A stretch of 64,000 bases of DNA from a virus. Taxonomy: Duplodnaviria > Caudoviricetes. A program made the translations under genes and the position numbers. A model generated the notes under the pieces. The model ran no database searches, was not told the origin of the DNA, and saw only the letters and a list, made by a program, of their open reading frames with translations. The stretch lies in the IMG/VR virus record IMGVR_UViG_3300031998_000005. The stretch is one strand, 5' to 3'. Positions 57,470 through 64,000 of this stretch are shown here, piece after piece (the first letter of the stretch is position 1; each line of letters opens with the position of its first letter).

Positions 57470-58039
57470 TTATTTTTCATCTTTTTTAGGAACGAGATAT
57501 TCCGCATCGGGGTTCGCCTGCCGAAAATCACGAAGCATATAGGTCATCGCTTCACTGCTGTCAGCGTCTTCGGGCTTGTGAACCTTACCGCAAACCACCC
57601 GCCCCTCCTTTGATACGGGGGGAACAAAGATTTCTTCATCCTTGAACATATCCAAAAGTTTGGTATGGTTTCGGATAGCCGACCGCAACTGCAAGGCAAC
57701 CCAATGGAACGAATCGGCTATGTTCTCCCGCTCGGTAATCTTTTCGGCATTGGTTACAAATTCTTCCAACTTGGATATAAGAGCCGATGTATAAGCCCAT
57801 ATCGCCCGTTTCAAATCCTTGTCAAGCCCCTGTTTCTTACAGGCATACAAGAAAAGAGCGGACTGCACCCACTCCATTGAACACGGTCCATTCTTCTCCC
57901 GTATCTGTCTAGCCCGCTCACGGGCTTCCCTACGAGCCTTGATATACTGCGATGTTCCCTTATTAAACGATAAAGCCTCCGCAAACTTTTTGGAGTGCAT
58001 TGGCTTTCCGTGAATATAGATGTAATCTTTTTTAGCCAT
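57470..58039 (-). CDS. hypothetical protein
   Basis: 189 aa downstream of portal. Confidence 0.6.
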   Translation of the reverse strand: MAKKDYIYIHGKPMHSKKFAEALSFNKGTSQYIKARREARERARQIREKNGPCSMEWVQSALFLYACKKQGLDKDLKRAIWAYTSALISKLEEFVTNAEKITERENIADSFHWVALQLRSAIRNHTKLLDMFKDEEIFVPPVSKEGRVVCGKVHKPEDADSSEAMTYMLRDFRQANPDAEYLVPKKDEK

Positions 58040-58042
58040 CTA

Positions 58043-59611
58043 CTAATCAGTCTGTTTCAGCGGGGCATCCCTACCGCTCATAGACTTGGCATCGGAGTTA
58101 TTCACGTCCACGTTAATAATCTGCGAAGCACCCGCAAGCCCGTCAAGCAGGGATTCAATGTAAGCGACATACGCCTTGATGTTCACATACGGAGCAATCT
58201 TCTCGTTGTTCACAATGCCGTCTAACATATTGAATACGTTGCCAATCACAGTTGCCGAAGCGTCCGCATATTCCAGGCGGTCAAGTTCGGACGTGTTAAT
58301 CGCACAATACTGATTGATAACGATATTGCCCGTAACATCGTGTCCATAGGACATCAGCAAATCCGTAATCATCTTTTCAAGGAACATCTGCAACGCAGCC
58401 TGTCCCGCCTTGACCTTTCGGGCATATCGGGCATAGCGTCTTAATGCACCGCCAACCTTGGTTTCATCACGACCTGTAAACACGAACTCGGCAGGAATAG
58501 ACTTGATGTCAAGAATCAAGTTTCGCATATTGTTAATGCGGTCGGGCAGACCTTCCACACTAGCATTCTCGGTAGCACCCAAGGACGCAGCAATCGCACC
58601 CCTTTGGCTCTGTTGCGGGATTACACGGAGTTTCGTGGCTTCCGCAGCATACATACGGATAGTGTCAATGTTATAAGCCGTAACGGAGTCGCCACCCGTA
58701 TTATTTATCGCTTTTTCATACCAGGCTGTAAACTCTTTCAACTGCTCCAAGTCAAGACCATCGGGAGCGGTCACGGACACAAGGGAATTTCGTTGGAGCG
58801 AAGCGTTTATAGAAGCCAAGTCCAACTGCTCAAGCATTTCAAGGGATGTCAGTTTGTCATAGATTTCAAAGCAGAACGGGCGACCAAGACTGCCATTCTG
58901 TGCGATGGTAGCATCCCTAGACTGCAAGGACACATTCATAGCCGACAGGGAATAGCGGTAGCGGTCGGACTGCATATCCAGGCACAGGATTTCCTTGTTA
59001 TCCAAAAGGTCAATCTTGTTCACTTGGTCCACCGACAACTTGTAATACATCGGAGTAGCATTAAGACCTTCCAACGAAATCGTAAACACCGACCCCGGTT
59101 GGAACGTATCTTTCAAACCAACAATATGACCTTCCTTATCACGGATATATTCAACGAAATACTGACCATAGAAAATAGCGTCAAACAAAATCTTGGAGAT
59201 ATACTTGTCCAACTGCGTAGAGCGTCTAAAATTCCGAACAATCTTATTCGCAGCATTGGACTTGTTATACCGCTTGTCTATGGTAATGTCAAAAGTAAGG
59301 TTCGTGCGAGGGTCCACTGCTAGAATATCATAGGACAGCGTTTCAATCATCGCCATCACAAGATAGTTAGACTTCAACGGCTCATACTTATTCACGTCTT
59401 CACGATAGCGGGTAAACTGCTCGTAAAGTTGTGTAAGCAGGCTAATTTCGGTCGCCCCGTTAGCGGAGATTTGACGGATAACTTGGCGGTCGTGTTCGTT
59501 AGACGCAATCAGTTCTTCCACGGAGGTCATACGCCTTCCGATGTCTCGGAAAGTCGTATAGTCCGTAAAAGTGCTTAAAAACCGCTGTATAAATTGTCCA
59601 TATATATTCAT
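58043..59611 (-). CDS. portal protein (gp20-like)
   Basis: 522 aa; DAIFYGQYFVE, GRPF, LEMLEQ, IPAEFV, ALRRYARYARKV..Q, INTSELDRLE. Confidence 0.78.
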   Translation of the reverse strand: MNIYGQFIQRFLSTFTDYTTFRDIGRRMTSVEELIASNEHDRQVIRQISANGATEISLLTQLYEQFTRYREDVNKYEPLKSNYLVMAMIETLSYDILAVDPRTNLTFDITIDKRYNKSNAANKIVRNFRRSTQLDKYISKILFDAIFYGQYFVEYIRDKEGHIVGLKDTFQPGSVFTISLEGLNATPMYYKLSVDQVNKIDLLDNKEILCLDMQSDRYRYSLSAMNVSLQSRDATIAQNGSLGRPFCFEIYDKLTSLEMLEQLDLASINASLQRNSLVSVTAPDGLDLEQLKEFTAWYEKAINNTGGDSVTAYNIDTIRMYAAEATKLRVIPQQSQRGAIAASLGATENASVEGLPDRINNMRNLILDIKSIPAEFVFTGRDETKVGGALRRYARYARKVKAGQAALQMFLEKMITDLLMSYGHDVTGNIVINQYCAINTSELDRLEYADASATVIGNVFNMLDGIVNNEKIAPYVNIKAYVAYIESLLDGLAGASQIINVDVNNSDAKSMSGRDAPLKQTD

Positions 59612-59634
59612 ACCAAAGACCTGTTAAAGTATTA

Positions 59635-61482
59635 CTAGAAGATGTAAGTATTACCCGAAGCGTCAGTTATCATACAGACCATAGAACCCGCAGATGCCAC
59701 CATTTCATTAGTAGCAGCCTGCTGAGGATTATAGTAATCTCCAACCAACAAAACATCTTTATTCGGAGCGTCTGCGGGCGTAACGTATTCTACAATCGGG
59801 GTAGATGTGACGGGATTATCACAACACAACATCGCAGCCACCCAATATGTCTGACCCGCAACCATTTCCAAATCAGTATTCAAAGTATATTCGTGCAGAT
59901 AATGGACACCATCAATGGTAGCCCCATCCTTATTTCCCCTAGTTATCGTAGCGTCTTGATTATTCTTACGCAGGGCAGCATAACTAAACCCGTCCATTAT
60001 AAGCGGTGTAGGTGCATCTGCCCAATACTCATTAGGACCTGCATAGTTGTGTGTATCTATGTAGGTTATCTTATGAACAACGATATTCTTGGCGGGTGTG
60101 ACTCGTTGCATTACGATAGCGTTTTGATAGTTAGACACAGTAGAACCACTACAAATATCTCCAAGAGTCTGTGCAGTTCCCAAAGCATAACTATCATAAT
60201 TCGGGAATGGGTCTTCACTAGGCGGGGCTTCACCCACCAACCTATTACTTATCAGCATAAAAAATCTAGGAACATCCTTCAATTCCCTATGACCATTGAA
60301 CCAAAAATTCCTTAAAACCGATACATCAGCAGTTTCCCAATCAACCCTAAAACTACTACCTGTTTCCGCAACATTATCTTCAAATTGAGTAATACCCGGA
60401 ATAGTATTATTAAATGCCACATTACACGAAGGAGCAACGGCTAGGGTCAAGCCACTAGCACCCTGTCCTGGGGCATTATCACGTCTATATGCCAAAACAG
60501 CATAATAATAACGAGAACTCTCTAACCGAATAACAGGTCTATCCCCCGTAGGGGCTATCATATACTTCAACTGACAATGATTTACCCCACTATGCAGTTG
60601 AACTTTTCCCGTATCACCTAGCCAAGAAGTGCTACCGCCCCCATTAGTATCGGGAACGAACTCATAAATACCAAAACAGACATCCCCACTATAAACAGTA
60701 TCACCCACATAAACAGACAAGAAAGTAGGGGCTTCTCCATCAACACGCAATTCTTGAGCAATCGGAACTAGAAAAAGTTGTCCTAAAACAACATTTGAAG
60801 AAGGTGTCCACCCCGAAATGGCTGACCTAAAATCAAACTGACCTGTTATTTGAGCAAACGGAAAAGTGCTAGTTATCTTTTGGTCCATATCATCAAGAAG
60901 AACCAACATTTCATCTGTCACATCTAGCACCTCCTCCTTGATAATAATTTGACCCCCTTCAATGTCAAGCCCCTCACCGACTTGCACATCCAAGGCATTA
61001 GTTTCGGGATTAACATAAAGACCATCACCAGGGATAACACTAATCACGTCATTTTCGTCAATATCTATGGCATCACCCGCAGTATAAGAGCCACCGCCAC
61101 CACCATCACGACCATCATAAATCTCAAAAGACTGCGGTCCTTCTGCGGACGTAATAGTAATCTCATAACCACCAGGATTTCCACCACTCGGTTCTATTGG
61201 CTCAATAGAAATTTCGGGAGAGAACCCATCAGCACCCTGCGGGCCTTGTTCGCCCTGTGGACCTTGCGGACCGGTATCGCCCTGTGGACCTTGCGGACCG
61301 GTATCGCCCTTATCGCCTTTATCTCCCTTATCGCCCTTTTGACCCTTAATCTTGGAAAGGGGTAATTTTTTGAGTTTATGGCTAGGAACGCCATCGTCAA
61401 TCACAACGTAGGATTTAGCATCATACGTTCCTTCGTCCAACATATAAATGCGTTTTACAACGATTTCCTTATCTTTAGCCAT
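59635..61482 (-). CDS. collagen-repeat fibre protein
   Basis: About 13 G-X-Y triplets, [18 protein letters not shown], beta-sandwich C-terminus. Confidence 0.75.
   Translation of the reverse strand: MAKDKEIVVKRIYMLDEGTYDAKSYVVIDDGVPSHKLKKLPLSKIKGQKGDKGDKGDKGDTGPQGPQGDTGPQGPQGEQGPQGADGFSPEISIEPIEPSGGNPGGYEITITSAEGPQSFEIYDGRDGGGGGSYTAGDAIDIDENDVISVIPGDGLYVNPETNALDVQVGEGLDIEGGQIIIKEEVLDVTDEMLVLLDDMDQKITSTFPFAQITGQFDFRSAISGWTPSSNVVLGQLFLVPIAQELRVDGEAPTFLSVYVGDTVYSGDVCFGIYEFVPDTNGGGSTSWLGDTGKVQLHSGVNHCQLKYMIAPTGDRPVIRLESSRYYYAVLAYRRDNAPGQGASGLTLAVAPSCNVAFNNTIPGITQFEDNVAETGSSFRVDWETADVSVLRNFWFNGHRELKDVPRFFMLISNRLVGEAPPSEDPFPNYDSYALGTAQTLGDICSGSTVSNYQNAIVMQRVTPAKNIVVHKITYIDTHNYAGPNEYWADAPTPLIMDGFSYAALRKNNQDATITRGNKDGATIDGVHYLHEYTLNTDLEMVAGQTYWVAAMLCCDNPVTSTPIVEYVTPADAPNKDVLLVGDYYNPQQAATNEMVASAGSMVCMITDASGNTYIF
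61230..61345 (-). repeat. collagen-coding repeat with a 27-bp tandem duplication
   Basis: cgccctgtggaccttgcggaccggtat x2. Confidence 0.8.
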
Positions 61483-61498
61483 AATAAACCTCAGTCGT

Positions 61499-61867
61499 TT
61501 ACTCGTCGTTCAACATAGGGTCGCATACATTATCGGTGTCAAGACCCGAATCCTCGGTAGTATCTAACAATACCGCAAAATTGCCATCTTCAAAACCGAT
61601 GACAAACTCCACATCCATATCACGGGCTTCTTCCGATACATTATCGCCTATCACGACAGGCGGGGACATAGCGTCAAAAACGGCATCGCCTATGGCATCG
61701 CCATTAACAGGTTCTTCCATTTCCATCGGGTCACGGATTGCACAATCTATCGGTTCTTCCTTGACGTGCGTTACAAGGACCGTTTCACCCTTTGACACAC
61801 GAGAACCATCTATCGGCAGATAGACTAAACCCTTAACCCTATTTACTCTGTCCCGCTTTAATGTCAT
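61499..61867 (-). CDS. acidic hypothetical protein
   Basis: 122 aa, TATATTT box upstream. Confidence 0.6.
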   Translation of the reverse strand: MTLKRDRVNRVKGLVYLPIDGSRVSKGETVLVTHVKEEPIDCAIRDPMEMEEPVNGDAIGDAVFDAMSPPVVIGDNVSEEARDMDVEFVIGFEDGNFAVLLDTTEDSGLDTDNVCDPMLNDE

Positions 61868-61931
61868 ACTGCCTTAAATATAAATAAATCCGACCGACAA
61901 GCAAACAGCGATTTACCCGAAAAGGGCTATT

Positions 61932-62309
61932 TTACTCCGCAAGCGACAAAAGCCTACCCACGTCCTTATCCGTATGCCCGTCAAAATGCTTTGCCCGTTC
62001 AAGTTCGGGGCATTTGAACATATCCCAATCCTTATCTTCATAGTGATAGGAATACGGACCATCGGGGGTATCTATGCAGACAACAAACCACCCGCCCCCG
62101 AAACAAAGTTCCCCATCTTCGTGCCTATGCGATTTCCAGGACAGGTCGGGAAACAGGTTCACGAGCGTAGCAAACAAGACGCACCGCTGTCTGTAAAGAC
62201 TATTGAACGTATGAAACCCATCCGAAAGTTCCCCTACATCCGACACGCCCGCCATTTCAGCCGCGGTCTGCATAATCTCTTTCATCTGTTCATCACTTAC
62301 TCTTGTCAT
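61932..62309 (-). CDS. WDGH-domain phage protein
   Basis: SDGFHTFNSLY..R..LF, WKS..H.DG, WF, SYHY...W..F, FDGHT. Confidence 0.7.
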   Translation of the reverse strand: MTRVSDEQMKEIMQTAAEMAGVSDVGELSDGFHTFNSLYRQRCVLFATLVNLFPDLSWKSHRHEDGELCFGGGWFVVCIDTPDGPYSYHYEDKDWDMFKCPELERAKHFDGHTDKDVGRLLSLAE

Positions 62310-63094
62310 ACAATACCTAACTTTTGGTCAATGATTTTACGGGTAAGCCCCTCAAGGGTTTCCACTTTCCTGTTTCCCAAGTATGCCCCGATTTCAACGC
62401 TGAAATCTCGGCAGGGAATATACTCCCACCCATCACGCTTCAAATGGACTAGGGCTAACTCCCCGACCCGCAAATTGGTCATACGCTCTATAAGCAACTT
62501 ATAAGTGCTTAATTGTGCAGAATAGTGGATGTAATTGCAATCGGGCAAACCTTCAAGCGGTCCGATACATTGTTGGAACGGGTTTTCCTTTTTGATTTCC
62601 TTGTTCGTCTTCCAATCCAGGATAGCAATACAATCTTCCCCCCTATCCCAACAAAGGTAGTCAATCGTTCCACACAAAGCCCATTCGGGCTTATAAACAA
62701 TGAACTCATTACGAATAGGCACAAACCGTCGGCACAGACGATTGTAGGCTTCCAATCCGTTCTTCCTAACACGCTCGTAATCGCCAACAGGTTCTACGGG
62801 CTGATAGTGCTTACGTTTCCACAAGTTCTCCATATAACTATGGACTTGCGTTCCCATAGACGCAGCCTCGTTCTTGTTCTTATCCCACATAGCCTTGACA
62901 TCGGCTACCGCCATATTGTGCTTGACGGCATACTTTTCGGCTATCTTATCCCAATCTTGTTCTTCACAGAACTCGTGGACGAACTTGGTGACGGACGTGT
63001 ATTTTGTTCCAAGGGAATCCGTGTAAGTATGAGTTTCTTCTTCAAAGAAAATATCACGGAATTTCCACAATTCTATGTCCAAATCACAGACCAT
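62306..63094 (-). CDS. PD-(D/E)XK exonuclease
   Basis: FEEETHTY, SVTK, GTQVH, E..V..CGTID, LDWKT, Y..QL..Y; start moved to MVCDLD. Confidence 0.82.
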   Translation of the reverse strand: MVCDLDIELWKFRDIFFEEETHTYTDSLGTKYTSVTKFVHEFCEEQDWDKIAEKYAVKHNMAVADVKAMWDKNKNEAASMGTQVHSYMENLWKRKHYQPVEPVGDYERVRKNGLEAYNRLCRRFVPIRNEFIVYKPEWALCGTIDYLCWDRGEDCIAILDWKTNKEIKKENPFQQCIGPLEGLPDCNYIHYSAQLSTYKLLIERMTNLRVGELALVHLKRDGWEYIPCRDFSVEIGAYLGNRKVETLEGLTRKIIDQKLGIV

Positions 63095-64000
63095 AAACAG
63101 ATGCCTTTTCGCAGAACACGTTATGGTCCCAATACTGAATAGCGTTGGCAAACCATTCCACCTGTTCCATAGAAATAGGTGTAAAATTGTGATAGTCCGC
63201 AGCCAGGTCAAACCCGTTCTTCTTGGCGAACGCCCTGCCGTGGATATGACCATACAGCACAATGTTATCGGGGTATTCGGGGGTCATCGTTCCTTCATCG
63301 GGTTCGTGAACCACGTAGTAAGTCCGTCCGTTCTGCTTGAACTGCTCCGCAGACGAAAGCACAATATCCCTGCCCATATAGGAAAGTTCCTTTTCAACCT
63401 CGGACATAATCTCTCGGTCGTAGTTCCCAAGGACAAAATACAGGGTCTTGAAATTAAGGCAGGACACAATATCCCGCATAGTGGAAATATCCCCGAAATC
63501 CCCTGCGTGGTAAACATCATCGTTCATCGTGACGGACTTGTTCCAATTAGAAATCATCGTCAAGTCCATAAAGTTCGTGTCCACGAAAGGTCTGCGGGAA
63601 AGTTCAAGAGTTCTCTGCTGTGAGAAATGAGTATCGGAGATAAAGAACTTTGTGGTCGCCCTGTTCAACCTGGACACCACAGCAGTCAGCATTTCTTCCA
63701 AGTCAGTCCAATATGGGATTTTCTCCTGTTCAAGTCGGACTTTAAGGTAATCGTTCTTTTCTGCGTCATCGGGGAAACCGCAGAACACGCCAGGCTTGTT
63801 ATACCAATCCCCGAACTCAATGTTTGTCGTGAAAGCGGGGAAACCCCTGTCTATGTGTCTATCCACCCAAAAGACGATGGCAGATGCCTTGTGCATAGCG
63901 ATGGTTTCCCACTCGGTCTGCACCCGCAAGGATTCCTTGCCATACTTATCACGCAGTTCTTGAAACCTATCGTTTGTCGGGGTAATCACGTTCCCGTCAA
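63084..64000 (-). CDS. nucleoside 2-deoxyribosyltransferase-like domain fused to a calcineurin-like metallophosphoesterase (5' end off window)
   Basis: QTEWE..A.AIVFW..PAFTTNIEFG, then SDTHF, HAGDFG, LGNYD, HEP, GHIH. Confidence 0.78.
   Translation of the reverse strand, partial: DGNVITPTNDRFQELRDKYGKESLRVQTEWETIAMHKASAIVFWVDRHIDRGFPAFTTNIEFGDWYNKPGVFCGFPDDAEKNDYLKVRLEQEKIPYWTDLEEMLTAVVSRLNRATTKFFISDTHFSQQRTLELSRRPFVDTNFMDLTMISNWNKSVTMNDDVYHAGDFGDISTMRDIVSCLNFKTLYFVLGNYDREIMSEVEKELSYMGRDIVLSSAEQFKQNGRTYYVVHEPDEGTMTPEYPDNIVLYGHIHGRAFAKKNGFDLAADYHNFTPISMEQVEWFANAIQYWDHNVFCEKASVYGL

Noticed and set aside
62306-63094. Cas4 call
   Set aside because: PD-(D/E)XK fold without the four-Cys Fe-S pattern; an ordinary phage exonuclease
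1-64000. Stop-codon reassignment, tRNAs, integrase/transposase, introns/inteins
   Set aside because: Genes tile densely in code 11 and no such signatures were seen by eye; a tRNAscan/Infernal run would be needed to exclude RNA genes

Overview
This window is part of a large T4-like (myovirus) phage genome, about 47% GC by eye, with almost all genes on the minus strand. It holds most of the virion module: portal, prohead protease, scaffold, major capsid, neck, tail sheath and tube, tape measure, baseplate and fibres. It also carries a lysis-type cluster, a lower-GC glycosylation cassette, nucleases and a Tad1-like anti-defence sponge. The most unusual region is about 11.5-32 kb, around the capsid and protease genes. 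About 15 ORFs there share a 10-11 aa leader ending in Glu (MSKMKIKVRE-type) and/or are polyproteins of small domains joined by ESKKxE linkers. The same linker follows the protease domain itself, and several domains are bracketed by perfect 14-23 bp direct repeats that encode the linker. I infer a modular, capsid-packaged, protease-released cargo array. Other candidates are a +1 frameshift in the tail chaperone, two promoter-to-terminator structured RNAs, leaderless mRNAs, an operator/iteron box, and a degenerate, membrane-anchored terminase paralog. All family calls come from motif recognition by eye; no database searches were run.
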